The notes beneath the pieces were generated by a model that had not been told where the DNA came from, searched no databases, and saw nothing but the letters and a program-made list of their open reading frames with translations. A program made the translations under genes and the position numbers. A stretch of DNA of 63,856 bases, the filler included, from Octopus bimaculoides (taxonomy: Eukaryota), in assembly GCF_001194135.2 (NCBI RefSeq). It is 5 parts of 4 records of this genome, joined end to end, with 100 filler letters (N's around TTAATTAATTAA, not from the genome) between each part and the next. Parts side by side here need not be neighbours in the genome. Positions count along the whole stretch, not along the records: positions 19,433 to 49,501 come from NC_068984.1; positions 49,602 to 56,707 come from NC_068984.1; 3 more parts are not named here. The stretch is one strand, 5' to 3'. This document shows positions 36,638-50,662 of this stretch, in pieces (position 1 is the stretch's first letter; each line of letters opens with the position of its first letter).

Positions 36638-36916
36638 ACAATCCCAATAAGGGAACACACTACTGCCGTTTAGCCCTAGGAAGCTGGACCGCTTCCTGTC
36701 GGCCTTGACACAATTACTGTGTCCTTAAGTTTGTGAAGGGGAGACACGCTCCCCCACCCAGCCTAGCCAGCATTCAGGGACATGTTTCTGAGTCTTTGCT
36801 CGTCATCAGCCTTAAGGACACAAACCTAAGGACACAGTAATTGTGTCAAGGCCGACAGGAAGCGGTCCAGCGTCCTAGGGCTAAACGGCAGTAGTGTGTT
36901 CCCTTATTGGGATTGT
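36638..36916. mobile_element. Fold-back element: 98-bp near-perfect inverted arms around an 83-bp spacer
   Basis: 36638-36735 versus 36819-36916, two mismatches by hand alignment. Confidence 0.9.
36775..36814 (-). ncRNA. Minimal hammerhead ribozyme motif
   Basis: Minus strand AGG-CTGATGA-C-GAG-CAAAGA-CTC-A-GAAAC-AT-GTC-CCT: conserved core present, palindromic stem III ACATGT, GUC site, stem I AGG/CCT. Confidence 0.75.
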
Positions 36917-36941
36917 CACATTAAGTTGACAATATACTACA

Positions 36942-36978
<37 letters not shown>

Positions 36979-37465
36979 GATGTAATTATTGGAGATTTGT
37001 TCTTCGTAATAACATAATGGACACGTACAACTGAACAGCAAACATGACGATTTGAACAAGTGTAATCACAGTGTCTAAGTTAGAGTAATTATAAGATCAC
37101 CATTGGAAATTTCGACCAAATATAAAAATAGTAAATTCGAATCAACAACATTTGAATTTCATTGTCCGTAAAAGGGGGCCTGAAGATATCAAATTAATAT
37201 ACACTAACTAATAAGGTGCTTCAACCAGATGCAGTTCTTTCTGCAACGTTAACCTTTTAGCAGTCAATCACATACAGACCGAATTCATTTATATTTTGCA
37301 AGTCTATGAAGTAAGCGATTGAATTGTTAATTTCATTCGCTCACATATATAAAATCCGAAGCACCTACACAAACAATTGTATCCACGCCACACGAATACC
37401 CATAAAATAAATACAAACAATATAGATATAGCACACGCGAGCGCTTGTATACGTACACACACATG

Positions 37466-37516
<51 letters not shown>

Positions 37517-38635
37517 ACCCACACACCTGATGGATTCCTCAAAGTTTCAGCCCTGGAAATCACTTTCTCAAATTTTCGTCTAAGAAAACAATAGAAGTTA
37601 TTTCCGTAAACATCCGAATAGCGGGAAGAAATGCCGAACGGAAAGGTAATTAAAGAGAACTATTTATCACTAGAGCCACGTCGTCATGCATAAGTATGTT
37701 CTTACAGCTAATGAGCTAAAACGCAGATGTTAATGTAAATGTTTGAGTAAATGGCCGTGGGGTATATGTAAATATGTGTTTATTTACATGTGATTAATGA
37801 GCATGAACCAACACACTAGGGTTCATATTTGAAAATATAAAATCGTTGTAATATGCAACGTATTTCTAAGCTGTTTCTTTTTCTTTTCTTTTTTTCAGGC
37901 GTTCGGCACCTCTGATTTGGAAAATTTTAGAAATCCATTAAAGAAAATAAATTTTGTTTTGTTTTAATATATGAAGCGTAACAACTGATATATATAAAAT
38001 CTGAAATTAAAATTAATTATGTGAATAATTAATTATTTAGTGTTTATTTATTATTTGAACGAAACGTTCTTTTATATATTAATGAAGCACGAAGATATGA
38101 TAAATTGTCCAATCTGCTATTTAACTTGACTTTAAGGATATCCTTATAATAATCTCCAGATTACTTAACGCTATAAATATTTAGACTTTCGTGCAGAGAC
38201 GATGTTTGTAGTACATAATGTACTGTGTATTTCAAGCTGATGTGGTTCAGTTCAAATTACCAGAAATCTTGAAAAAAAAAAGGTTATGAGAGAAAGTTCA
38301 TTATGTTTATTTATTAGGCTTCTCCAAAGCTGTGTTTCAAATGATTAGATATGCCATCAATGACATAGACCTCGCAATTCTTTTAACGGCCAGTGTGGAG
38401 GAGAATAAACAAAAGTTTAAAATAAGAAAAACAAATATTTTATAGCTCCTTTCTGGTAGCCTACAATTTCTTTCGAACATCTCATTTACAGAAGAAAATG
38501 CTACTGCATTGGTTTCCATTGAGATGTGTTCATAAAAATGAATTTATTTCACCATGGGTTTAATTTAATTCGCATATGATTGAAAATAAGAAAAACATGT
38601 ATGAACGCTGCTGAATGTAAAACGCCTTTCTTACT

Positions 38636-38833
38636 CTTTTACTTGTTTCAGTCATTTGACTGCGGCCATGCTGGAGCACCGCCTTTAGTCGAGCAAATCG
38701 ACCCCAGGACTTATTCTTTGGAAGCCTAGTACTTACTGTATCGGTGGCTGTTGCCGAACCGCTAACTTACGGGGACGTAAACACGCCAGCATCGGTGTCA
38801 AGCGATGTTGGGGGAACAAACATAGACACACAA

Positions 38834-38908
<75 letters not shown>

Positions 38909-38942
38909 CATATATACGACGGGTTTCTTTCAGTTTCCGTCT
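38636..38942 (-). mobile_element. SINE family A (tail, body, partial head), young
   Basis: cttgtttcagtcatttgactgcggccatgctggagcaccgcctttagtcgagc with CpGs intact. Confidence 0.9.
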
Positions 38943-39690
38943 TGTTTTATTTATTTTCTTTTTATACTTTAGACTTATGTTAATGAAAGAAACTGGGACA
39001 ATTATCTGACGTGAGTATAATTTGTTAAGAGAATTTATTGAGCCTGATCTCTCGTTTTACTGATATAATCTATTCTAGAGTATTACTGGTAGACTTATAA
39101 TCAAATACAAAGAAATAAAAGGTAAAGGTAATTGTAGAAAAGTTATACAGAACATATAAAACATAGATGTCCTAATGTTTTCCAACCCTCTTTAATTTGG
39201 TCTCTAAACCAAGCATCTATTTTATCTATGCATCAATCTATATGGGCTTGTCGTTCATTAACTTGAACATTATTGTTATGAATATCATTGAAGCGAGAAG
39301 TATTGAATATTTGGCCCCACTATTTTAGGATCAAATAAGACAACTTCTGGTTCACAGACACGCTGTCGCTTTTCTCTGTATATTTTACCACACTCTGATA
39401 TACTGATCGTTTTGGTTGCATACATTTATCTCTGGCTCTCCACACACGCTTATCTTTGCTCTTCTCTTCAATTATACACTTCCATACACTGTATTTCACA
39501 CACTCCATAAAACCGCTGGAAATATCTCCATGTGATATGATATGATTGTTTTTTCAGACTCTAAGTTGCAGTTGCCCAGTCCGGACATATGACGTATGAA
39601 TACATCAGTATTATAGATCATTACAGGTTATTACCCGCATAAATCACCCATCAGACAAAATAAATAACATGAACTTTTGCTTAAGCATTA

Positions 39691-39910
39691 TGAAAGTCTA
39701 AGTAAGCTTACAGAGTTTTATAGTCACAAAAGATCAATGTTGAATAGCCACAACTATCAAACTTGTTTAAATTATTGCTTGCTATTTTCTTAATATTTTA
39801 TGAAAGTCTAAGGAAACATATAGAGTTTTGTAATCACAGATGATCAATGTGGAACAGCCACAAGTATCAAACTTATTTCAATTATCGTTTGCTATTTTCT
39901 TAATATTTTA
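39691..39910. repeat. Two-copy 110-bp tandem duplication
   Basis: tgaaagtctaag...gctattttcttaatatttta at 39691-39800 and 39801-39910. Confidence 0.85.
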
Positions 39911-41453
39911 CGTAACTGTCTTCATATTAATTCATTTCTATTATCCCAATGAAAGTGTTTTGTTCTGTATTTTTAAATAGACTTTTCACAGCATTGTCAT
40001 TGTTATTATTTTCTTCTTGTATGTTACAGACTGTTCTTATCATATGCTAGTAATATATCAAAATAATATAACATATAAAAGTAATGATTTGGAAGTGATG
40101 TCACTGAATATGCCATTAGTATTCCAGCCCATGTTTCATAAAGCATGATTCCATTAAAATAAACTATGAAATATGGCAGTTTCATTCGTTTATCAAAATT
40201 GTTTTTTTTACTTCACGTTTTGTTCTTTGAGCGGTGTTTCATATTTTTATTGCATACTACATCAAGATTTTCCAGAATTGTTGAATGATTTTACATTTAC
40301 ATCATAAAGTATTATAATAACTGTCACAAATTTGGAGGCAATGTTTCAAGATAAACGTATTTATTTAATAGAGTGCAGATTATTTATAGATGTCATGAAA
40401 AACTAAACAATATAAATTCAGTGAAATAGTTGCATTGAAAACGATATAAATTTATTTAATTAACACATATTCTATAAAGGATGCCTTCCAGTTATTGGGA
40501 TAAGTTATCAGCAAATGTAAATATAGACTGTTCATTTAAATTTTTTTCAGTACAAAATTTTAAACTAAAAGCTATTTCTTTTTACCCTTTTGCACTTTTG
40601 CATATTATGCTTGTGCTTTGTCAAAGTAAACTAGTTCTTTACATATTTTCTTCATGTCGAATTGAATGTATGTTTTTGGTTGTATAGCAATTCCGTTCTA
40701 CATCAATTCGATTGTACGTCAATTATCGATAAACATATAAGTATTCTCTAGCTGCATTAGAAATACCTCCGTTCCTCTTTTTGAGCTTCTTACAAATCTA
40801 TTTAGTGAAAAGTCATATTCTATAACTAAAACAAAAACACACTATATTGCTTCTATATTGGTTTCCAGGAACAATGCTAAAAAGACACAATTGGTGTAAA
40901 ATAAACCAAGCACAATTAATATGAAAATTACATAAGCACGTTATATCATTATGTAGAAAAGTATATGATGCTCTTAAGGATGACATTAGAATAATTATGG
41001 AAGAGTTATGCCCAAGTAAAGTTTTACATATATGACCTACCTCATGCTTTGAGGGTCCTGAGAAATTATTATCAAGATGCCATTTATTCCGTGTCAGTCT
41101 TGATAAGGCTAACATATGTTCGAAAACATTCAAGGCTTGGAATTCACGTCCGTTGTGTTACACATAGACAACATCGTCGGGACAAAGAACGCAACATATT
41201 CCATTGCACTAAATTTAATGTCAGAATTACTACCTTTGTTTTATATTGCCATCACATATGTATCAATTATTTTCGCATCCTAACCGATGCATCTATCTAT
41301 TTTCGCATTCTGAAAAGATTTACTTAAACCAGGAAATTGAAACGATCGTAAATGTTACCTTCATCTCTGCTTCTTCCTTCTTTGTTATCTGATTAAATTA
41401 AAGACATACCAGCGAAAACCAGGAGTTCGCCATTGTTATTATATCCATTTTCT

Positions 41454-41492
<39 letters not shown>

Positions 41493-43299
41493 TATAATTA
41501 TACACATATACATATACACACATATGCATGTGTATGTGTGTATACGTATGTACGTATATACATGTTACTTCGAAATAATTAGAAAACTCAATGTAAAGAT
41601 ATTACTTGAATCACTTTATTGGGGATTTAATAGATTTATTCAAATGCGTTTTTTTGAGAATAATTTTTCGTTGAACGTTGAGAGTAAGAAAAGAAATCTG
41701 TAAGATATTCAAGAAAGAATGAATATTCCGTTATTGCAAATTATTGGACACGAAGTACAGTATATAATGCTTTTAAGTTAAACGTTGAAAAATAAAAAGA
41801 AACCAGTTAAATTTGAATTTTATGTATGTGTGTATGTGCGCACCTGTTTATACAAATATCACTGTGCTGTATTTATTCATATACGCACACACGTATACAC
41901 GTATTTTTCGCAGGTTTACTCTGACTCGGAGTAGTAGCACCTGTCAGGTGTTTAGCTCTTGGTTAACTAGCATATGTGATGATACTACATGTAAGTGCGT
42001 GAATGAAGAAATAATCTTACTTGGCGTCAGAGCGCGCATTAAAATCTCCACCATCCTTTGTCACATTATCCTTATAAAATAAGATTATTATCTAAATCCT
42101 GTCGTTTCGCGTGATTACTGGTCATTTTGCTTTGGCACGACGACTCTACAAACAAATCACGGACATTCAGAGAGTGGTTTTAGTGCTATACAAACTCTTA
42201 TCACTCTAACCCAATGCTGTTTTGGTGGCTACATGATGGCCTCATTTGTCAGCCAATGTACTAAAAGTCTTATAGCGACAGAAGTGTGGTTACGTGTGCA
42301 GAACGAAGCAGTTGAAGTGTAGAATAAGTTACAACTTTCGTCTGTCACCTATATCGCAAATCATGCAGATATCTAAAGGTAGGGAATAGATTTCTGCGAG
42401 GTCATAGGGGAACATCTGAAATGCCACTAGAGAAGAAGAAACACAAGACGGTAATCAATTGTGAAGATGGATCAGTGACCATTTATATATNNNNNNNNNN
42501 NNNNNNNNNNNNNNNNNNNNNNNNNNNNNNNNNNNNNNNNNNNNNNNNNNNNNNNNNNNNNNNNNNNNNNNNNNNNNNNNNNNNNNNNNNNNNNNNNNNN
42601 NNNNNNNNNNNNNNNNNNNNNNNNNNNNNNNNNNNNNNNNNNNNNNNNNNTCAAATTTGGCAACTTGCGCAGTTGTAATTTGCGTGTTTATAAGGGAAAA
42701 TGTAAGTAAAAAATTTAAGAAGATTGGAATGTAAATATTTAACATATTTTAGATAAGTTTACATAAAAATATAAATATGTCGATCTTTAAAATTGTGTCA
42801 AAATTACGAATATATATGGATAGTGTTTGTGTATTAGTTGTTAAACTACTATGCTTGCAAGTAACTGTTATTTAACATGAATATTATGGGGATTTCAAAT
42901 TCATGTCTATAGAATAGTTGATGAATGTTTATTAAAAGTAACTGTTATACACAATTGTTAGAGTTAAGTATAGAAAATAAGCAACGACTGAATTACGTAT
43001 TTGTATAATGTATTCGGGATATAAATTATAGGGAATCGCGCAAAATTGAATAAATAACAATGTAAAAAGCAATTGAAAGAAGTTATTAACAGAATAATTT
43101 TCTAACAACGGCAACTTTCTATAAATTTTTTAAAGTTGTCAAGGGGTAAAATAAATATAGATTTATCTAAAATAAATAAAATTAAATAGATATAAATGAT
43201 AATATGGAAATTCTTGTTAAGGAATCAAATGTGACTAATTCAGATGCAATTATAAGGGGACTCGCTTTATCAACAATATGGGCACACATATTTGTCCGA

Positions 43300-43660
43300 T
43301 ATAAGGCAGAAACCTGGTACTATCCTTAGCACGCTGGAGAAAATGCTTAGCGGCATTCTGTTCGTTTTTGCGTTCTGAGTCCAAAAGCTGCCGAAACCGA
43401 CTTGCCTTTCATAATTTAGGGGTTGATGAAAGAAAGTACCAGTAGTGAACTGGGGTCGATGTAATCTATTAGAATCTTCTCCGAACTTGCTGGTGATGTG
43501 TCAAAATTTGAATTCAAGATTTGTTCTCTATTATACGTAATTTACCCTGGAGGAATGAAAGGCAAATCTTAGTACAGTAGTATTTGAAGTTAACATCAGA
43601 ATATAGAAGAAATACCGTGTTGAATTTCATCTGACGCATTAGCGATTCTGCTTATCTACC
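43300..43660. mobile_element. Two SINE family B copies, tail to tail (+ 43300-43515, - 43543-43660)
   Basis: Family B motifs in both orientations. Confidence 0.7.
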
Positions 43661-44994
43661 ACACATTCTCTAACATAAAATATATTTAAAATGAATTTAT
43701 AATTAGTTCAGGAATACGTACAATAGTCAGTGGTATATTGTTATTTTATGTAATAGCAACAAATAAATTAAATTTGAATAAGTTTTCAAAGGAGAAAATC
43801 AAAATCCATTAAATCATTAGATTACGCTGTTGTAGGTCTTAAGAGATTAGATGGGAGCTGGTGAAAGAATGCAAACTACTATACGCTAGGAAATTCTGTT
43901 ATTCGCTTCATATTGGTTAAAGAAAAGTTTAATTTTATTAAAATATGAGAAATTAGAGGAATCCATTAGCAAATTACAAGAAACTAATGTAAAATTTATT
44001 TGGAAAACCTGCAAAACAACAAAGAAAAATATATTTTAGTTAAAATTCACTAAGAATTTCGAGGTTTCAATATATATTTATATCCAGATGTTGATATATA
44101 TATCGAAAATACCACAGTATTATGTACGGACCAAAGAATGAATAAAAAGAATAGAGACTGTGAATTGTAGTATATATTAGTTATAAAAATTCTGGGTTGA
44201 CGACCTTTTTTGTTCCCTATGTTTAAATAAAATGGGGACTCTGGAAAACGAGATGACTAAACACTCGGTTATGCAAAGCTTACAGGGTTTGAATTTCTTC
44301 AATTTTATGCTTAGTATTTAAATACAACTTCCCATTGTTGTAACTGTTTTGATGTATGGTGAGAAGACATGGCATCAAGATGATAGGAGTGCTGGACATA
44401 TGATGGCCAAATTGTTTGTTCTAATCATGTTTCAGCCGATGCCTTCATTTGGAAAAAAATACCTTTATTTCAAACGACGACGAATTTCTAATACTCTATT
44501 TCAAGCTACTACATGTCCAATGATTAGCATTGTGAACTAGATTTCACTCTGCGGTAGACAGGTGTTTTGTCTAGAGGTAATATCGAGTATATAAGTAACA
44601 ATTGGCCTATGTTTTATTTCTGCTGTAGAAAGGTTATACCTATAACAAGTTTGTTGAGTCAGAAAAGTTTATGCAATTCAAAATGTCTGGCACTGATAGA
44701 AATTTGGTAATTTCTCTAAATTTCTAACATACATTCGAACATACATGCATGCATGTATGTATGTTTGTACGAATGTGTGCTAAAAATGTATACACATTCA
44801 TATGTGTGCATGAGTGTGTATGCGTGCTTATATATGTGTTCTATATGAATAAAATGAACACGCACATACCCGCATAATTACATGCATACATACATACATA
44901 TGTGTGTCCAGAGGTTAAAACACTATAACAATAATTAATATCAATATTGAGCAAATCCGACCACATTTATTTAAATATTATCTCCGTAAGAAAT

Positions 44995-45370
44995 GTGCTA
45001 TGAAGAACAGTTCTTAGAGACTGTTTCTGCTGCAATTTTGCTTGATTTCTGGGTAAAAAAAAGTAATCAAATTATGAAAAACTTGTAGAAAACCCGTTCA
45101 CCATCTTTTCAGCAAAAGTATAAAAGTAGATTTCCTACATAGTCATCTGGAGACCCTTCATAAAAATTATTGTATAAAATGTGATGAGTAAGGAGAAATA
45201 TTCCACCAAGATATTGAGACAATGGAGGCTAGGAATCAGGGCAGGTGGAACACAAACCTGATGGATGACTACTACTCGTCTCTGTAAAAATACTGCGGTG
45301 ATGCAGATTCTTCACGCAAAGCCTCAAAGAATACGTTCACTCTTAGTGTAGCTGAAACTTCAGTTTGACA
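44995..45370 (+). mobile_element. Chapaev (CMC)-like transposase C-terminal remnant
   Basis: NYEKLVENPF...KVDFLHSHL...DE*GEIFHQDIETMEARNQGRWNTNLMDDY matches the SDEQGERFHQDI..ME.RYQGRW...MM.DY motif. Confidence 0.8.
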
Positions 45371-48300
45371 AAAATATCTATGATAAGATGTATAATTAAA
45401 TATTTTGCGTAATGTTTGTTAAACAATGAAATATATGTTCTAAGATTGTGTTATTTTCTTATTTAATGTAATGGCAAAAGTGAGAAGTTTTAGTAAAAAA
45501 TGACTTCTTGTAACAAAGAATTTAATACGATAAATATTTTCTGGAGGCACATCTGAAACCAGTACCATCTAATTGTAATAGTACTGATTGCAAAAATCAA
45601 GACAAACGTTGTTTCGAAAATGTTCCCTAATGTTATTAATAAAATAATATAAGCAGCTGACTATCCCTATTACTTATGGAAAACGAATATAACTGTGCTT
45701 AATTATAGAGTAAGCTGTTGAAAAGAAACTTCATTTAACAGACAAAACTGACCCTACTTTTGAAATAAAGACGTCAATTTTAGACTATGTCAAGTTAAAA
45801 GCAGGCTTCAGAAATTCTCCTCAGAATCTGATACGCTGATATATTTATATATTATATATATTATTGCATTCTTGCTAATTCGTTGCAGTTGACGTGATTA
45901 ATCATTTTGTAATTACAGAGCACAATACTCGTTCGTTATATGATTTTATTTGTACGAATTTTGAGACATATTCAATATTATTTGAAAAAAATAAGAATTA
46001 CCTAATAAGAAAAGGAGGCTTACTAGCATATAACGATTGATATGTTGAATAATCTTAGCATTCAAAAAGTAGTGGATGGCTATCATTTAGTATGAAATCA
46101 ACTCTAACTCAGCAGATTTATGAAATAAAAAGAGATACAATTAATCTAAGTTGACTGTCACTAGGATATCTTGGAATACATGTGACTTTGTAAACTTCAT
46201 TATACAAGATGGTAGGATGAAATCTTTGAAGAATTTAAGATGATATGCCCACCAAGTCGACCAAAGTGAAAGACTTGCTGGGCCGATCACCTTTCAAACG
46301 GAATACAACATTTGAGATTTTACACTAAGTTTAGTCTTTTTTGTGTCACATACACTTTACTTTCTATCCTATTTTTCTATATTGGCGAGGCTAGTAGATA
46401 AATGGAAGCAATAATCAGTTACTATTTCGGGACAAGTTTTTTAGAGTATGCACCAAGTAGTTTACTCATGCAGACAGTGGTAGAAGTTCGAAAGTATATT
46501 AAGTTATAATGATTTGTTTAGTAATCGTAAAATTTCATCAATTGCGTAATATATTTTGTCTTTAAACTCGTTTGCTATGTGTCTTTGAATAAGGAATACG
46601 CTCACCGAATTATTCTTTTACTAAAGTTTTAACCTATTGATGAGTTCTCCTGTCGATTTTATCAATTTAAAGCCTTCGTCTTAGCGTTCCAAAGGTAGCC
46701 CCAGTCCAGCGAATAAAAGAATAAATATTTTGTAAATACTTTCAAACCTTTGGGTATATCGTTGAAAATACAAATCTCATTACAAAATTAGAGCGAATGA
46801 AAGTTTGTTGACAAACATATGGACAAAAGTCTTATTTTAATGTCTAATGCATGGGGGAAAACTGATTAAGTTTATCAATTTCGACATAATATATTCAGAT
46901 CAGAAACGGCCGCGATTGCAATTCGAATGATCAAAGTCATTCCAGCCAACACATTTCCGTCAATCTCATAAATTATATCCATGGTAACATACAGCAAAGG
47001 GTAAGGTAATTTATTAAATGCTGCTAACATGAAATCTTTTATTAATAATGACTGTATCTGTACTTAGCTGATGTAAGCATTGAAAATACGAAATAAAAAC
47101 AAACAAAATATTGAGCCTGAAATATTCATTATATTCCTGTTTTTAAAACATTACAAGAGGAAATTACCTGCTAAATTTCCAAATCACATTACCACTTAGA
47201 TTATGTTTCGTTGGCTCTGGATGTGTATTGGTATGGGACTACAACTATAACTGAAAGCTAGAATTCATTAACCACAGTTGCACTACATTTGTAGAATGGA
47301 AGCTTTTGTTGTTTTTTTCTGACATACTTCGTAGTTATTTTTCCTTCAAATAAAAATTTTATTTTCACATTCAGTAAAATGCATGTATGTTTTACATGTA
47401 GTCAGTCATAATAGGTTGAAGCCTGGACTTTATATGAAAACATAGATAGAAGTTTGTTGTGTCTGGGGAGAGTCATTCTGTTTTAATGCCTTTTTAATTT
47501 ACATACCGGTTACTCAGGTATAATGTCAATTTCATGGTGTTCCCTACTCTTGTTCTGGTATGTTTTATTGCACTGTTAATAGCTTTCTTGATATTATATT
47601 TAATCTACGATATCATGTTTTGGTGTTATTTAGATCCACATATAAAAATTAACATACTGATATGCATACCTCATTTCAAAGTTATTTCAAACGGGATCAT
47701 ATTTGGTTGGGTATGATTTAAGGAACTTTAGCTGATATTTCTAACAAGTAGAGAATCTCAAATACATTGCATCTGATTACTGGTTTGCATCATTGACAGA
47801 AATTTCGTTTTATTCCACACACTCATGCGTTTTATGGAATAAGAGGCATGTGTCTATCAATCTAGCAATAAATCTTTATCTTGTGAATGCAGATCTCGTA
47901 TTCATAACAAACATTCGGATTATCAAACATAATCTTGGTAATGCATTTTAGGATAGTTTCCTTTTAATCAAATAGTGGATAGAGCGCAAGAGCTAAATTC
48001 CAGTTACGTCAAAATTGCAACCCACATCATATTCCCACATTTTGCGCTTGACAATGTCATATTATGAATGAAGAACAGAACAAAGACTAATTTCCATACT
48101 TGAACATCTTGAACCTAACAAATGGTTTCCCATGTTATAATTTTAAATTAGGAACAGTGATTCAATCTCGTTTTGTAGTTAAAGTTAATTTAGCTAATGC
48201 GTTTCAAATTACTGAAATAAGACGCTACATTTTCTAATTTAATGATTCTAAACTCTCATGTAAAGATTGAGATAATTTAAGAACTGCTGATGTGCTAAAC

Positions 48301-49024
48301 ATTCTAAAGTCATTACGCTCACAATCAATTCTATTGACCTCTTTCATTTTCTGTATACATGTACAATATTCACAAGATGCAATCAAGAATTTAAAATATA
48401 TTTGAATTACGTGTTCCGTTTGCGTATTGAACTTGCAAATTTCAAATTATTTCTTTATCTAACATATTCATATTTACGTACGATCGCAAAATAATTCTAC
48501 GTACTTGCACGATCCACTGGGGAAAGTAAAGAGGCACCTACAAGTCATATTCAGACATCATAACACAGTAAACGATATTTTGGTCCTTTACTCTTACACG
48601 TTTAAAAAGACAGAATGGCTAACATAGAAATATTCCTACTCGTACGTTTGCTAGAATATACCTTATCTGTGGACTAAGCAATGTCAGAAGCTATGCATTG
48701 TAAGGCAATATTATCGCTGTTACATAATTGGTCGACATGCATATTATTTCTAGATATTTAATGACATAGTTAATGCTGTATGACAAACTAGAAAATTAAA
48801 AGAAAAATTTGAAGACGAACCAGTCGCCGTAGTATTCTTTCTAATAGTTTAAAATTTACACTCCTGATAATATTCATAATCCATAGAAGTGAAGCAGGAC
48901 TTACCAATCAGAAGAATTACACCGGAAGTCTTCAAACTACACGATCGCAGATGTTTATTACTAATTGATTAATTTAGCCGTAATCAGGAATATACTTGAA
49001 ATCTATACAGTTCCCGCTATTTAC

Positions 49025-49245
<221 letters not shown>

Positions 49246-49732
49246 ACGGACGTGCTGTCACATCGGCTGCAGAGTTAAACCTCTTTTTGACCTTTTATTG
49301 CCCATATTTTGTTGGATTTTTTTGTATAGAAGGTGTGTGAAGCACCTAACTTTCTTTTTATTGTGTTTTCAAGGTAGGAATTGGCCCTTAAAGGCAGTTT
49401 CAACCTTTTTAAAATTATATATTTTCTTCTCGACATTGAAAAATGTCGAGAAACATAGTCATAGAACGCTGGACAGAAACATTGATGAACGAACATTTTC
49501 CNNNNNNNNNNNNNNNNNNNNNNNNNNNNNNNNNNNNNNNNNNNNTTAATTAATTAANNNNNNNNNNNNNNNNNNNNNNNNNNNNNNNNNNNNNNNNNNN
49601 NAGAAATAGTTGACTTTCTGGATATTCCACGGTTTAATTAGAAACAACCACTATGCACTACACATCGATATCACATTTAGAATATCTTATTTATAATTTA
49701 TATGTGTGTTACGTACGTTACACATAGACACA

Positions 49733-49873
49733 AGCGTGGTCATATGGTAAGAAGTTTATTTCCTAACCATTTGGTTCTGGGATACCTCCCACTGCATACG
49801 CACTTGGGCATTGTTTGTGTATCTTACCAAAGCTTTGTGTGTTTAGTAGAAGGAAACTGAAAGAAGTCCGTCG
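49733..49873 (+). mobile_element. SINE family A head, decayed
   Basis: gcgtggtcatatggtaagaagtttatttcc...ggaaactgaaagaagtccgtcg. Confidence 0.7.
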
Positions 49874-50072
49874 TATATATACATATATATCTCTCTATAT
49901 ATATATATAGAGAGAGAGGTTATGAGAGGTAATGGTGTCAGTAAGAGCCAAAGGTGTCATGTAATGCTGAGTAAGCGCTATGGACAGACTATAGTTAAGC
50001 TCCAGGTTTGGAGTGATTATGCGAATGAGGAGTCCAACGTGGGTCATATATCACCATGTGCATATATAAAAA

Positions 50073-50175
50073 AATTAACTGAATGAGATAAAAATCCAAG
50101 GCTGTGAAAGACCTTCAATTTATAAACGTTCTGAAATATTTCACAGCCTTGGATTTTGATCTCATCCTGTTAATT
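50073..50175. repeat. Short hairpin/mini fold-back (about 37-bp stem, 29-nt loop)
   Basis: atgagataaaaatccaaggctgtgaaa (50083-50109) versus tttcacagccttggattttgatctcat (50139-50165), 26/27 paired. Confidence 0.85.
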
Positions 50176-50232
<57 letters not shown>

Positions 50233-50618
50233 NNNNNNNNNNNNNNNNNNNNNNNNNNNNNNNNNNNNNNNNNNNNNNNNNNNNNNNNNNNNNNNNNNNN
50301 NNNNNNNNNNNNNNNNNNNNNNNNNNNNNNNNNNNNNNNNNNNNNNNNNNNNNNNNNNNNNNNNNNNNNNNNNNNNNNNNNNNNNNNNNNNNNNNNNNNN
50401 NNNNNNNNNNNNNNNNNNNNNNNNNNNNNNNNNNNNNNNNNNNNNNNNNNNNNNNNNNNNNNNNNNNNNNNNNNNNNNNNNNNNNNNNNNNNNNNNNNNN
50501 NNNNNNNNNNNNNNNNNNNNNNNNNNNNNNNNNNNNNNNNNNNNNNNNNNNNNNNNNNNNNNNNNNNNNNNNNNNNNNNNNNNNNNNNNNNNNNNNNNNN
50601 NNNNNNNNNNNNNNNNNN

Positions 50619-50662
<44 letters not shown>

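Noticed and set aside
40813-41327. 106-aa and 92-aa ORFs in unique DNA; also 24423-24782 and 51247-51613
   Set aside because: No recognisable motifs or splice context; lengths expected by chance.
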